Shown: piece after piece, positions 1 through 10,678 of the stretch
Numbering within the stretch: position 1 is the stretch's first letter
Layout: every line of letters begins with the position of its first letter
NCBI GenBank assembly: GCA_928721565.1
Contig: OV788638.1
Location: forward strand, 1,666 to 65,665
Direction of reading: 5' to 3'
DNA length: 64,000 nucleotides
Origin: an uncultured Clostridia bacterium
Lineage (GTDB): Bacteria > Bacillota > Clostridia > TANB77 > CAG-508
Made by a program: the position numbers and the translations under genes
The notes under the pieces: generated by a model
What the model was told of the DNA's origin: nothing
Seen by the model: the letters and a program-made list of their open reading frames with translations, nothing else
The model's database searches: none

Positions 1-3000
1 CTATCACACCTTGAACTAAAATATTCTCTTTAAGCTCTTCATTATAAATCTCTTTAGCAGGAATACTAATATAAAATGCTTTTTCTCTTTGTACCACATG
101 GGCATTGATCATTTCCTCCCATATTTTGGATTTTGTAAATTGATATATTTTATTAATATTAATTGCTTCAGCTTGTTTTTTCGTTATTATTTTTTGCATT
201 TCCAACTTTGCAACCAATTCTTTTATATCATTATATGTATAAATTTTTTTAGTCAGATCTAGCTTTTGCATGCACAAATGTATTAATGTCCCCTTTTCAG
301 CATTAGTTATACCTATTTCTTCATCATTTGCAAGAAATTTCGGAGTCGGTATTTCTGCTTTCTTAAGATCACTATCTTTTCTCTTTTCCTTTTTCTTAAT
401 TGCTTTTATCTCAGTTACAGATGTTTTTGTTGGTATTGTTGTTGAAGCTTGATATTTATATTGATATTCTAAAATTTTGGATATCTTATTTTTTTCTTCT
501 TCATCTATTTTAATTGTTGATATTTTTTCTAAAATTTGCTTTTCTGTATTTTCCTTTTCTGTTTCTTCTGTTTTACACATTTTTAGTACTTCTTTTTTAG
601 TGTATGTATTTATAGTAGAAAGTTCTTTCATCTTTTCTTGATTATAATTGTATACTAATTCTATCCATTCCAAATATGTTTTACATTTTTTCAACAAAAT
701 CGAATTTAGCTCACTGTATTTTTCACTCATTTCATTTAAATTTTTTTGTTTATCTAATGTAGAATATCCTGTAATGATTAGTTTTTCTTTTGATCTTGTT
801 AGTGCAACATATAAAACTCTCATTTCTTCTGACAAAGTTTCTAACATAATCTGATTTCTCATTGCTTGTTTTGATAGTGTATCATATTCGATTTGTCTAT
901 TATAATCAATGTATTTTACACCTATCCCAATCTCTGGATGTAGTAAAATTTTATTATTTAAATCTTGCATATTGAATTGTTTTCCTGTTCCTGACAAAAA
1001 TACCACTGGAAATTCCAGTCCCTTGCTCTTATGAATGCTCATTATTCTAATTACATCATCATTTTCTCCTATAATCCTTGCAGAGTCCATATCTTTACTA
1101 CTTGTTTTTATTTTTTCTATATAATTTATAAAATTGAATAATCCTTTAAAACTGATGCTTTCACACTGTTTTGCTCTTTCAAATAACATCTTCAAATTTG
1201 CCTGCCTTAATTCTCCATTAGTCATTAATCCAACATAGTTATAATATCCTGTATCATTATATATCTTCCAAATCAGCTCATCTAAACTTAAATATTCTTG
1301 CTCTTTTCTCCACATTTCCAAACTATTCAAAAATCCATCAATTTTAGTGCGTAATTTGACATCTACAGTCTGCTTAGATTTTAAAATGGTATTATAAAAA
1401 TTGTCATGCCTATCACTTAACCTAATTTCTACTAATTCATTATCTGTGAATCCTCCTATCATAGACCTCATAACAGATACTAATGGAATTTCTTGTAATG
1501 GATTATCTATAATTTTTAGTAAACTCATTATAGTTTGAATTTCTATACTTTCTAAGTATTCTGCTGATGAATCACTAAATACTGGCATTCCTAAATTCAA
1601 AATTTCTTTTTCAAATATTGGTGCTGGCTCTTTTGTTGATCTTAATAAAACTACAATGTCCTTATATTTAATATCTCTTTTTTCTTGTTTTTTTGCATCA
1701 TATACTTGAAATTTGTTTTCTACTAATTGTTTAATTCTATTGGCTACAAATCTTGCTTCTAGTTCTATGTTCTCTACTCTTTCAATTTCTTCTTCTGAAT
1801 CATTTTCATCTTCACTTGTTTCTTTCCATGTTAATTTAGTTGTTGCACTTGCCTTTTGCTCTGTTGCTAAGTTTTCTTTATCTATATCATCTGTAAGCAA
1901 TATATCTATTTCTGCTTTTAGATCTTGGTTTGTATCTTCATAATTTGCTCCTAAATTCAAATATTCCTCCTCTGTATAGTTCAACTCTCCAAGTTCCTCG
2001 CTCATTATACTTGCAAATATTTGATTTGAAAAATCTAATACTTCTTTTCTACTTCTAAAGTTTTTAAATAGTTGAATTTTCAAATCATCATCATTGCACC
2101 TATTCGTTTTTGTTTGATATTTTTTATATTTTTCTAAAAACAACTCCGGCCTTGCTTGTCTGAACTTGTAAATACTTTGTTTTACGTCTCCTACCATAAA
2201 AATATTATTTCCCTTTGAAATTGATGTTAAAATATACTCTTGAACCAAGTTGCTGTCTTGATATTCATCAATTGCAATTTCTTCATATTTTTCTTGATAT
2301 TTTTTTGCTATTTCTGATGATGTGCCATCTTCATTTAATAATATTTTTAATGCGAAATGTTCAACATCACTGAAGTCTACAATATTTTTGTCTTTTTTTC
2401 TTTTTTCAAATCTTTGTCCAAATTCTAAAATAATATCTTCTAATTTTTTTAACACATCATACATATTATTTATATCTTCATTTGCTTCTTTTGAATTAAA
2501 TATTAATATTTTTTCTGTTACTTTTTTCAAGTTTACTTTTACTGTATCTCTTACTGATTTTGCAATATCTTTGGCTTCTAATGTTATTTTTTTATCTGTT
2601 GCCCAAGTTTTAAATTTTATATTTGATGCTATTTCATAGGCCTTTTCCCATGAATCCAAATTCATTTTCAGCATTTCTAATTGTTCTATATCGTCGTTTA
2701 TAATTAAAAAATATTTTTCTAATTCTGGATATTTAGCTAAACTCTTTTTCTCTGTTTCTAACTTTAATATCGAATCTTCTATTATTTCTTTAACTTGTTT
2801 TAATAATAATCTACCCCAAATAGTATTTGAAAAATCCTCTTCTATTTTGTTCGATAAATTAAACATTTCTGTTTTTTCTTCTAACCATTTTTCTGGAAAT
2901 GGATTACTTTGAATATATGTATGAATTTTTAAAATTAGTTCTTTTAGTGGTGTATCATCTTTGTAACTCGTATATGTATTTATCAATTTTGTAAAATCTT

Positions 3001-3457
3001 CATCTTCTGCTTCATATTTTTCTTCAAACAAGTCTTCAAGCACATCTTGTTTTAATATTTCAATTTCTGTAGTATCACCTATTCTAAAGTTTGGAGCTAT
3101 ATCTATCTCGAAAAAATTATTTTTTACAACATCTAAACAAAATGAGTCTATTGTACATATACTTGCTCTATTTAGTAAAGTTATTTGTCTCTGTAATTTT
3201 TCATTTTCCGGATTTTTATCTATCTCTTTATATATTGCATTTAATACTCTTTCTCTCATTTCTGACGCTGCCGCATTTGTAAATGTTACTACTAATAGTT
3301 TGTCTATATCTATATTTTCATTTATTATTTTGTTTATTATTCTTTCTACCAATACTGCCGTTTTTCCACTTCCTGCTGCTGCTGCAACTAATATATTACT
3401 ACCTTTTTCATATATTGCTTGCTTTTGTTCTTCTGTCCATTTTACTTCATTTGCCAT
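1..3457 (-). CDS. addA: ATP-dependent helicase/nuclease subunit A (AddA/RexA), 3' end runs off the window start; about 1152 codons present
   Basis: Minus-strand translation from ATG at 3457 (alternative in-frame ATG at 3469) gives MANEVKWTEEQKQAIYEKGSNILVAAAAGSGKTAVLVERIINK...LLVVTFTNAAASEMRERV, the AddA N-terminal UvrD-like helicase signature. The frame stays open to position 2 (tail ...ENILVQGVI). It is absent from the ORF track only because no stop lies inside the window. Confidence 0.85.
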   Translation of the reverse strand, partial: MANEVKWTEEQKQAIYEKGSNILVAAAAGSGKTAVLVERIINKIINENIDIDKLLVVTFTNAAASEMRERVLNAIYKEIDKNPENEKLQRQITLLNRASICTIDSFCLDVVKNNFFEIDIAPNFRIGDTTEIEILKQDVLEDLFEEKYEAEDEDFTKLINTYTSYKDDTPLKELILKIHTYIQSNPFPEKWLEEKTEMFNLSNKIEEDFSNTIWGRLLLKQVKEIIEDSILKLETEKKSLAKYPELEKYFLIINDDIEQLEMLKMNLDSWEKAYEIASNIKFKTWATDKKITLEAKDIAKSVRDTVKVNLKKVTEKILIFNSKEANEDINNMYDVLKKLEDIILEFGQRFEKRKKDKNIVDFSDVEHFALKILLNEDGTSSEIAKKYQEKYEEIAIDEYQDSNLVQEYILTSISKGNNIFMVGDVKQSIYKFRQARPELFLEKYKKYQTKTNRCNDDDLKIQLFKNFRSRKEVLDFSNQIFASIMSEELGELNYTEEEYLNLGANYEDTNQDLKAEIDILLTDDIDKENLATEQKASATTKLTWKETSEDENDSEEEIERVENIELEARFVANRIKQLVENKFQVYDAKKQEKRDIKYKDIVVLLRSTKEPAPIFEKEILNLGMPVFSDSSAEYLESIEIQTIMSLLKIIDNPLQEIPLVSVMRSMIGGFTDNELVEIRLSDRHDNFYNTILKSKQTVDVKLRTKIDGFLNSLEMWRKEQEYLSLDELIWKIYNDTGYYNYVGLMTNGELRQANLKMLFERAKQCESISFKGLFNFINYIEKIKTSSKDMDSARIIGENDDVIRIMSIHKSKGLEFPVVFLSGTGKQFNMQDLNNKILLHPEIGIGVKYIDYNRQIEYDTLSKQAMRNQIMLETLSEEMRVLYVALTRSKEKLIITGYSTLDKQKNLNEMSEKYSELNSILLKKCKTYLEWIELVYNYNQEKMKELSTINTYTKKEVLKMCKTEETEKENTEKQILEKISTIKIDEEEKNKISKILEYQYKYQASTTIPTKTSVTEIKAIKKKEKRKDSDLKKAEIPTPKFLANDEEIGITNAEKGTLIHLCMQKLDLTKKIYTYNDIKELVAKLEMQKIITKKQAEAININKIYQFTKSKIWEEMINAHVVQREKAFYISIPAKEIYNEELKENILVQGVI

Positions 3458-3591
3458 GCTTCTTTTCATTCCTTTCCTGGTTTCTGCATTTGTTCTGTTC
3501 TAATAATTATATGCATTGTATCATATAGCCCCAAAAAAGTACACATATTCAAGTGAATATATGTACTTTCTATTTTAGTATGGCTTGATTT

Positions 3592-4893
3592 TTAATTTTT
3601 TTGACATATTAATTCGTCTCTTACCTTTTCTATTTCTTCTACACTAGCACCAGTTAATTGTTCTATTGTATCATATGTTAATTGTATTCTTAGCATTCTT
3701 ATAATTACTTCTTTTAATGTCTCTCTTTTCGCTTCTTTTATTGCCTTTTCTTCTTTTTCTTCTTTCTCTTTAATTTTCGCTTCTGCTTTATTTAGTTTAG
3801 CCTCCATCTCATCTGCTCTCGCTACTGCTTTATCAGCCATTTCTATAGCTTCGTTTCTATTCGCTTCTGCCTCATTAAACCAATCTCTTACTCTTTCCTG
3901 AATCGTACTCATATTATCTTCCTCCTTTTCTTCAATGATACTTATAATTTTTTTCAAATCATTTACTTCTATTTTTTCATATAAATATTTTAATAATTCT
4001 CTCACTTCTTCTAGTTCTGTTTTAGTAATTGAACTATTTATTATTTTATTAAAACATTCAAATAACTCTTTTGGATTTTTACACTTTTCTAGAACCATTG
4101 CTTTAGCTAGATTCGTATTTTTTCTTAATAATTCATCAATTTCAAATTCATTTATATCAATTACTTTATACTCTATATCTATTCCTTTTATATAATTTTC
4201 TGGTATTTTTGCCACTTTATCTGAGTACTTAGTAGATACTGACCATTTTCTATTTCCCGTATAAATCACTATTGGTAAAATTAGCGGATATTTGTATTCT
4301 TCATGATGTTTGCTCATATTTTTTATAGCTCTTCTACTTATTTCAATACTATATTCTAGCATTCTAAATGGCATATTATAATCAATTTTTGTTTGATGTT
4401 CTATTAAAAAATAAATATCCTCTTCTTTTACTCTATAAAGTATATCTACTAATTTTTCATTTCCGGATTTAGTAATATATTCCCCATTTTGTAATTCTAA
4501 TTCTCCATTAAAATCACATAAAATAAATTCTTTTATAAATTGTTTCATTTCTTCTTTGTTGTGCAATATTTCTTTAAACATTTTATCATGTTTTTTGTCT
4601 AATATGTATTCTGCTGATTCCTCATTACATTGTAACTCATCTTTAAGACGATATTCTTCTAATTGTCTTTCAACTTCATCTTTTACTCTTTTATATTCTT
4701 CTATTTGTCCTGTTACTAACAAATAATCAGAATATGTAAAAATGTATTTTCGCTCTGGTAATTCGATACTATCTACCTCCTTTTTATTTATTTTTTCAAT
4801 GTTCTTTTCTATTCTACGATTTTTTACTCTGATATAAATAATTTGAATTTTTGAAATAAATTTCTTAACCATACTAAAATAGTACACATCCAT
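3592..4893 (-). CDS. Rpn-family (YhgA-like) recombination-promoting nuclease / putative transposase, with N- and C-terminal extensions
   Basis: The internal segment DKKHDKMFKEIL ... DILYRV ... IYFLIEHQTKIDYNMPFRMLEYSIEI ... PLILPIVIYTG matches the conserved PD-(D/E)XK core of the Rpn/transposase_31 family (HDxxFK, LIEhQs, MPlRMLxY). The true start is uncertain because the ORF begins about 95 aa upstream of the usual family N-terminus. Confidence 0.7.
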   Translation of the reverse strand: MDVYYFSMVKKFISKIQIIYIRVKNRRIEKNIEKINKKEVDSIELPERKYIFTYSDYLLVTGQIEEYKRVKDEVERQLEEYRLKDELQCNEESAEYILDKKHDKMFKEILHNKEEMKQFIKEFILCDFNGELELQNGEYITKSGNEKLVDILYRVKEEDIYFLIEHQTKIDYNMPFRMLEYSIEISRRAIKNMSKHHEEYKYPLILPIVIYTGNRKWSVSTKYSDKVAKIPENYIKGIDIEYKVIDINEFEIDELLRKNTNLAKAMVLEKCKNPKELFECFNKIINSSITKTELEEVRELLKYLYEKIEVNDLKKIISIIEEKEEDNMSTIQERVRDWFNEAEANRNEAIEMADKAVARADEMEAKLNKAEAKIKEKEEKEEKAIKEAKRETLKEVIIRMLRIQLTYDTIEQLTGASVEEIEKVRDELICQKN

Positions 4894-4924
4894 TCTAACA
4901 CACTACTCTCGTAAAATCAAGTAT

Positions 4925-4949
4925 TTTTAGATAAGAGTTTATTTAGAAC
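4925..4949. repeat. Left copy of the 25-bp direct repeat TTTTAGATAAGAGTTTATTTAGAAC flanking the IS
   Basis: Identical 25-mer at 4925-4949 and 6065-6089, directly abutting the IS terminal inverted repeats. Confidence 0.8.
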
Positions 4950-6063
4950 TGTAGGTTTGTCAAACATATGTCACACTTTATTGATGAATCTAGTGTTTCG
5001 TATACCAAATATGATATGTTGGCTCTACAATGCTTGAAATTCCTCATATTTCTCATTTGGACTTTTCCATCCTAATGGTTTCATTGGAAAGTTATTATAC
5101 TCTCTTGACCAATGCCTTAATTTTTCTTTAAAATCTTCAAAACTTACAAATATTCTCTTGTAATAAAATCTTTCTTGATCCTTTCTATGACTTCTTTCTA
5201 CTTTTCCGTTATGCCTTGGTGTCCTTGGTTTTATTAGTTTATGCTCTATTCCCATTTCTTCCATTCTCTTTTCAAACATTGTCTTCTCTTTTGCTTTTCT
5301 CGAATTTAGTCTATTTGTAAATTCAAATCCATTGTCTGTTTGTATACATTCTATTTTATATTTGAATTTCTTTATTATTATTTCTAAAAATTGTGTTGAT
5401 GCATAGGTACTATGTTCTTTGCTAGCCCATAATACTCTCTGCCTTGTATACTCATCTATTGCTGTATATTGATAATATTTCTCTTCTAGCTCTTTCAATT
5501 CATTTGACATACATTTCTGTGGCACATATTTTACATCTATTTGTATTCTTTCTCCTGGATGACTCATTTTCTGATATGGTTTTGGTTCATATTTTTTCTT
5601 TTTACTTGGTGCTTTTTTATATATTCCTAGTCTTTGCATCACCCTATACAAACTCGTTATTTGCCTTGTATATCCGTTTCTCATCAATTTTATCCACAAT
5701 ACCACTAACCCTGCGTCTGGGTTTTGAGCTTTATATTTCTTTATCATTTTTATTTCTTCCTGTGTATGTTGATTTGGGTGTGAATGTGGTCTTCTTGATT
5801 TATTCACTAATGATTTTCTACTTCCATCATATTTTTCTCTCCATCTATATATTGTTTTTCTATGCTGTTTATATCTTTTCGCTGCTTCTGTCACTCCGTG
5901 TTTTAATGAATATTCTACAACTGATTGCTTAAATATTATATCTTGTGTTATACTATTCATAGGAAATACCTTCTTTCGATATTAGTTTTGTGGTAAAAAC
6001 ATTATATCATATTGGTATTTCCTTTTTTTATTCTTTAGTGTGACATATCTATTGTAAACCTAT
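4950..6063 (-). mobile_element. Compact IS481-like insertion sequence (about 1.1 kb) with imperfect terminal inverted repeats
   Basis: A single transposase ORF is bounded by IRL TGTAGGTTTGTCAAACATATGTCACACT (4950-4977) and IRR, read on the opposite strand, ATAGGTTTACAATAGATATGTCACACT (6063-6037). The inner 12 bp (ATATGTCACACT) and the AGGTTT block are identical. A 25-bp direct repeat lies immediately outside both ends. Confidence 0.6.
5025..5960 (-). CDS. DDE transposase, IS481-family-like (HTH plus rve integrase core)
   Basis: 311 aa with an N-terminal HTH region (TIYRWREKY) and the DDE/rve motifs IQIDVKYVP, YQYTAIDEYTR, TDNGFEF and KPRTPRHNGKVERSHR, as in IS481/IS3-superfamily transposases. 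Confidence 0.8.
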   Translation of the reverse strand: MNSITQDIIFKQSVVEYSLKHGVTEAAKRYKQHRKTIYRWREKYDGSRKSLVNKSRRPHSHPNQHTQEEIKMIKKYKAQNPDAGLVVLWIKLMRNGYTRQITSLYRVMQRLGIYKKAPSKKKKYEPKPYQKMSHPGERIQIDVKYVPQKCMSNELKELEEKYYQYTAIDEYTRQRVLWASKEHSTYASTQFLEIIIKKFKYKIECIQTDNGFEFTNRLNSRKAKEKTMFEKRMEEMGIEHKLIKPRTPRHNGKVERSHRKDQERFYYKRIFVSFEDFKEKLRHWSREYNNFPMKPLGWKSPNEKYEEFQAL

Positions 6064-6064
6064 A

Positions 6065-6089
6065 TTTTAGATAAGAGTTTATTTAGAAC
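6065..6089. repeat. Right copy of the 25-bp direct repeat flanking the IS
   Basis: Identical to 4925-4949. Confidence 0.8.
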
Positions 6090-6192
6090 AAATAAGAAAA
6101 ATTTTCAATTTTTCTTTGATTTGTTCTCGCCCGATTTGAGTTTTCGACTAAAAGGAGAAAATCTCAAAGGGCTAGCGATTGTAGCTTTTTAT

Positions 6193-6253
6193 ATAATAGG
6201 AAAGTATCACTTTCCTATTATATAAAAAAAGAGCTTTAATAAAAGCTCTTTTT
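6193..6253 (-). terminator. Tandem hairpins immediately downstream of pnp; the distal one is a rho-independent terminator
   Basis: GAGCTTT-aataa-AAGCTC (6231-6248) is followed on the minus strand by a run of T. It is preceded by a perfect 13-bp stem ATAATAGGAAAGT-atc-ACTTTCCTATTAT (6193-6221). Confidence 0.7.
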
Positions 6254-8410
6254 TTAGTCTTCTTTATTATCTTCTTCAATTTCTTCTTCTAAGATTTTTT
6301 CTTTGCTTAAATCAACTAAGTCTTTCATAGTAAGATTAATTTTTCCTTGATCATCAATTCCAATCACTTTAACAGGAACCTTATCACCAGGTTTAACATA
6401 ATCTTCAACCTTATTAACTCTTTCTTTAGCTATCTTAGAAATATGAACTAAACCTTCTTTACCTCCACCAATATCAACAAAAGCTCCAAATGAAGTAGTT
6501 CTAGTAACTGTTCCATAATAAATTTGTCCAACTTCAAATTCTCTAACAATATCTTCAATCATATCTAAAGCTTGGTAAGCCTTGTCTTGATCTGGTGAAT
6601 AGATCATAACTTGCCCATCTTCTTCAATATCAATTTTAACACCTGTCGCATCAATTATTTTGTTAATCGTTTCTCCGCCTTTACCAATTACATCTTTGAT
6701 TTTTTCAACTTTAATTTGAGTTGTAACTATTTGTGGTGCATATGGAGAAAGTTCTTCTCTTGGCTCAGCAATAACTGGTTTCATAATATCATCTAATATA
6801 TGTTGTCTTGCTTTTCTAGTTCTAGCAAAAGCTTCTTCAATTATTTTATATGATAATCCATCAACTTTGATATCTACTTGAATAGCTGTAATACCTTTTT
6901 CTGTTCCACCAACTTTGAAATCCATGTCTCCAAAGAAATCTTCAAGTCCTTGGATATCTGTTAACATTACATAATCATCTGGATTTTCTGGGTTTGTTAC
7001 TAAACCTGTAGAAATACCAGCAACTGGTCTTTTAATTGGAACACCTGCATCCATCAAAGATAATGTACTTCCACAAATACTTGCTTGTGATGTTGAACCA
7101 TTTGAAGATAATACTTCTGATACAACTCTTATAGCATAAGGAAATTCTTCTTTTGATGGAAGTACTGGAACTAATGCTTTTTCTGCTAAAGCACCATGTC
7201 CAATTTCTCTTCTTCCTGGTCCTCTTGATGGTCTAGCTTCTCCAACACTATATGCTGGGAAGTTATATTGATGCATATATCTTTTTGATGTTTCTGTATC
7301 AATTCCATCTAAGTCTTGTTCTTCGCTTAGCATTCCTAATGTTACTATTGACATTACTTGAGTTTGGCCTCTTGTAAATATAGCACTTCCATGTGTACGA
7401 GGTAATACTCCAGCTTCGCATGATAATGGTCTTATTTCGTCAATTGCTCTTCCATCAACTCTTTTATGTTCATAGAATATCATATCTCTAACACATTTTT
7501 TCTCTAATTTGTAAATTGCTTCTCCAATTTCTTGAGCTCTTTCTGTTACAGCTTCTTCTCCTAATTTTTCTGTAACAGCTGCTGTTATTTCATCTGATAA
7601 TGCCGCTACATTATTATCTCTAGTCTCTTTATCAACTTCTTGAACAGCAACTTTCATTTTTTCTGTGAAATTGTTTTCTAAAAATTCATATAAATCATGG
7701 TCAACTGCAAATGATTTGTACTCAAATTTTGGCTTTCCAATTTCATCTTTCATTTTTTGAATAAATTTACATATCTTCTTGATTTCAGCATGTCCTTTTT
7801 TGATTGCTTCTAGCATTACATCATCTGGAACTTCATTAGCCCCAGCTTCAATCATTGCAACTTTCTCAACTGTTCCTGCAACTGTTAGAGTTAAATCACT
7901 TTTTTCTCTTTGAGCTTCTGTTGGATTTATAATAATTTCTCCATCAACTAAACCTACATTTACTGCTGCTGTTGGTCCACCAAATGGAATATCAGAAATT
8001 GATAATGCTGCTGAAGCTCCTATCATAGCTGCTACTTCTGGTGAATTGTCTTGTTCTACACATAAAACTGTTGCAACAATTACAACATCATTTCTAAAAT
8101 CTTTTGGGAATAATGGTCTTAAAGGTCTATCAATTGCTCTTGATGTTAATATTGCTTTATCACTTGGTTTTCCTTCTCTTTTTTGATAAGATCCTGGAAT
8201 TTTTCCAACTGAATATAATTTTTCTTCATAATCTACTGATAATGGAAAAAAGTCTATTCCCTCTCTTGGTTCTTTTGAAGCTGTAACATTTACCATTACT
8301 ACAGTATCTCCATATTTTACAACTACACTTCCATTTGCTAGTCCACATAGTTTGCCTGTTTCTATTACAAGTTTTCTTCCTGCTAATTCTGTTTCATAAC
8401 TTTTAAACAT
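6254..8410 (-). CDS. pnp: Polynucleotide phosphorylase (polyribonucleotide nucleotidyltransferase)
   Basis: 718 aa. N-terminus MFKSYETELAGRKLVIETGKLCGLANGSVVVKYGDTVV, two RNase PH domains, and KH plus S1 domains at the C-terminus (GQIYYGTVTRTTSFGAFVDIGGGKEGLVHISKI). Confidence 0.95.
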   Translation of the reverse strand: MFKSYETELAGRKLVIETGKLCGLANGSVVVKYGDTVVMVNVTASKEPREGIDFFPLSVDYEEKLYSVGKIPGSYQKREGKPSDKAILTSRAIDRPLRPLFPKDFRNDVVIVATVLCVEQDNSPEVAAMIGASAALSISDIPFGGPTAAVNVGLVDGEIIINPTEAQREKSDLTLTVAGTVEKVAMIEAGANEVPDDVMLEAIKKGHAEIKKICKFIQKMKDEIGKPKFEYKSFAVDHDLYEFLENNFTEKMKVAVQEVDKETRDNNVAALSDEITAAVTEKLGEEAVTERAQEIGEAIYKLEKKCVRDMIFYEHKRVDGRAIDEIRPLSCEAGVLPRTHGSAIFTRGQTQVMSIVTLGMLSEEQDLDGIDTETSKRYMHQYNFPAYSVGEARPSRGPGRREIGHGALAEKALVPVLPSKEEFPYAIRVVSEVLSSNGSTSQASICGSTLSLMDAGVPIKRPVAGISTGLVTNPENPDDYVMLTDIQGLEDFFGDMDFKVGGTEKGITAIQVDIKVDGLSYKIIEEAFARTRKARQHILDDIMKPVIAEPREELSPYAPQIVTTQIKVEKIKDVIGKGGETINKIIDATGVKIDIEEDGQVMIYSPDQDKAYQALDMIEDIVREFEVGQIYYGTVTRTTSFGAFVDIGGGKEGLVHISKIAKERVNKVEDYVKPGDKVPVKVIGIDDQGKINLTMKDLVDLSKEKILEEEIEEDNKED

Positions 8411-8682
8411 ATTTTTCCTACCTTTCTTTTTTCACGGCTAAAGAATTGTTTTATTGTAGTTATTATTCTCAGCCTTATTTTAATTTACACCTATTTTTGT
8501 ATTTTTAATTTGTACTTATAGTCTGTATTTACAACTTGTATCTACGGCAAACTAGATATAGATTGTAACCTCTATAATACTTTAAATTCTAATTTAAAAC
8601 ATTATACAAGCTACCTTTCTAATCTTAGTTTACCGCTCTTATCTTGATAATCACCATAATTTCAAACTATAATTAACCTAAT

Positions 8683-8716
8683 AAAAGGACGTCGCATGTC
8701 GCAAACGCCCTTTTAC
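8683..8716 (-). terminator. Probable terminator or attenuator hairpin between rpsO and the pnp leader
   Basis: On the minus strand, AAAAGGGCGTTTGCGACATGCGACGTCCTTTTATTAGG. The 5-bp stem GGGCG/CGTCC contains one G-U pair and has a 14-nt loop, followed by only four T. This is a weak, low-confidence hairpin. Confidence 0.3.
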
Positions 8717-8730
8717 ATACAACTTATCAA

Positions 8731-8994
8731 CTATTTTCTTAGTCCTAATCTTTTAACTAATTCTTTATATGCATTTTCGTCTTTTTTAGCTAAGTAGTTT
8801 AATAAATTTCTTCTTTTACCAACCATTTTTAAAAGACCTCTTCTTGAATGGTTGTCTTTTTTATGAACTTTTAAATGCTCTGTTAATTCATTAATTCTTT
8901 CTGTTAAAAGAGCGATTTGAACCTCTGAAGATCCAGTATCTTTTTCATCTCTTCTATATTCATTAATGATTTCTTGTTTTCTTTCTGCTGTCAT
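8731..8994 (-). CDS. rpsO: 30S ribosomal protein S15
   Basis: 87 aa, [68 protein letters not shown]. It sits upstream of pnp, the classic rpsO-pnp arrangement. Confidence 0.95.
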   Translation of the reverse strand: MTAERKQEIINEYRRDEKDTGSSEVQIALLTERINELTEHLKVHKKDNHSRRGLLKMVGKRRNLLNYLAKKDENAYKELVKRLGLRK

Positions 8995-9244
8995 AATAAC
9001 ACCTCCTATTTCTTTTTCTCCTTATACCGAGCCACAATAATAGGTGTTTTTTATTGCGCTAAGTTTAAGGAACATTTTTTTACATAACTATTGTACTATA
9101 CTTTACATGAAAAATCAAGCATTTATGGAAAATTTTTGGTACTTTAGTAACTGATTCTTTGTCTTACCCTTTTCACAAAAAATATCACAATAATGATATT
9201 TCTATCAAAATTGTGATATTCTCACTTATATATCTTTCGATTAA

Positions 9245-10678
9245 TTAAATTCTTACAATTCCTCCAAGAACTTTTTTATCTAATCCTTGTGTAAATGTTT
9301 GAGCTCCACCTAATAGAACTACAACATCACCTTTTTCAAGTATTTCTTGTTCTTTTAATTTTTGAATTCCCTTTTCAACTGTCTCTTCAATTGTTTCTTC
9401 ACTTTCAACAAATACTGGTGTTACATTCCAAGCTAATGCTAATTGATGGAATGTTCTTCTGTTATCTGTTACAGCTAAGATTGGGCATCCAGCTCCAAGT
9501 CCTGATAATATTCTAGCAGAATCACCTGTATGTGTATATACAACAATTGCATCTGCATTAAAGTTTTTAGCTGTTACACATGAAGAATAAGCAATTTTAG
9601 CTTCATCATCAGACAAATCTAAATATTCATTATTGTCAAATCTCTTCCAGTAATGAATTTCTGGTTCTACTCTATTAGCTATTTTAACCATTGTTTGAAC
9701 ACATTCAACTGGATAATCACCTTGTGCACATTCTCCTGAAAGCATTATTGCACTTGTTCTATCATAGATAGCATTTGCAACGTCACTTGCTTCAGCTCTT
9801 GTTGGTAATGGTTGATGTGTCATTGATTCTAACATTTGTGTAGCTGTTATAGCTGGTTTAAATAATTTATTAGCTGTTCTAATAATTCTCTTTTGAACAA
9901 CTGGTGGTTCTGTAAAGTCTGTTTCTGTAGCCATATCTCCACGAGCGATCATTTGAGCATCTGCTTCGTTAAGAATATCATCTAAGTTTGATAAACCTTC
10001 AATATTTTCGATTTTTGTAACAATTTGGATATCTTTTCCACCATTTTCGTCTAATACTTTTCTTACTTGTCTTATATCATCTAAATTTCTAGCAAATGAA
10101 ATTGCAACAAAGTCATAGTCATGTTCACAAGCAGCTTTTAAATCTGCAATATCTTTTTCAGCTAATCCTGGTAATCTGATAATTGTTCCAGGTAAGTTCA
10201 TTGTTTTTCTACTTCCTAAACCGTTTCCATGAACAACTGTTGTAACTATATCTTTTCCAACAACTTCGTCAACTTTTAATTCTATTGCACCATCATCGAT
10301 TAATATTTTTGTACCTGGTTGTACATCTTTATATAATTCTTTATATGTTACAGAAACTTTTTCTTCGTCTCCTGTAATATCTTCATTAACTAATGTGAAT
10401 TTTTGTCCATCTTTTAATTGGATTTTTGTATTCTTTCCTGTATATAACATTCCTGTTCTAATTTCAGGTCCCTTCATATCTAATAGCAATGCGATTGGTA
10501 AATCTTTTTCTTCTCTTAATTTGATTATTGCTTCTGTTTTTTCTGATTGTTCATCCCAACTTCCATGTGAATAGTTGATTCTGCAAACGTTTAATCCTGC
10601 CTCGAATAATTCTTCTAATTTGTTTTCACTTGCTGGACCGATTGTTCCTACAATTTTAGTTTTTCTTAAATTTTTCAC
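9245..10678 (-). CDS. pyk: Pyruvate kinase
   Basis: 477 aa, MKNLRKTKIVGTIGPASENKLEELFEAGLNVCRINYSHGSWDEQ ... MLDMKGPEIRTG. A K+/Mg-binding core typical of pyruvate kinase. Confidence 0.95.
   Translation of the reverse strand: MKNLRKTKIVGTIGPASENKLEELFEAGLNVCRINYSHGSWDEQSEKTEAIIKLREEKDLPIALLLDMKGPEIRTGMLYTGKNTKIQLKDGQKFTLVNEDITGDEEKVSVTYKELYKDVQPGTKILIDDGAIELKVDEVVGKDIVTTVVHGNGLGSRKTMNLPGTIIRLPGLAEKDIADLKAACEHDYDFVAISFARNLDDIRQVRKVLDENGGKDIQIVTKIENIEGLSNLDDILNEADAQMIARGDMATETDFTEPPVVQKRIIRTANKLFKPAITATQMLESMTHQPLPTRAEASDVANAIYDRTSAIMLSGECAQGDYPVECVQTMVKIANRVEPEIHYWKRFDNNEYLDLSDDEAKIAYSSCVTAKNFNADAIVVYTHTGDSARILSGLGAGCPILAVTDNRRTFHQLALAWNVTPVFVESEETIEETVEKGIQKLKEQEILEKGDVVVLLGGAQTFTQGLDKKVLGGIVRI

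Noticed and set aside
270-3528. Several 60-100-aa plus-strand ORFs in the ORF track
   Set aside because: They are antisense to the clearly conserved addA reading frame and give low-complexity F/L/S-rich translations typical of AT-rich antisense strands.
5444-5932. 162-aa plus-strand ORF inside the IS
   Set aside because: Antisense to the transposase gene. Hydrophobic low-complexity translation with no RBS.
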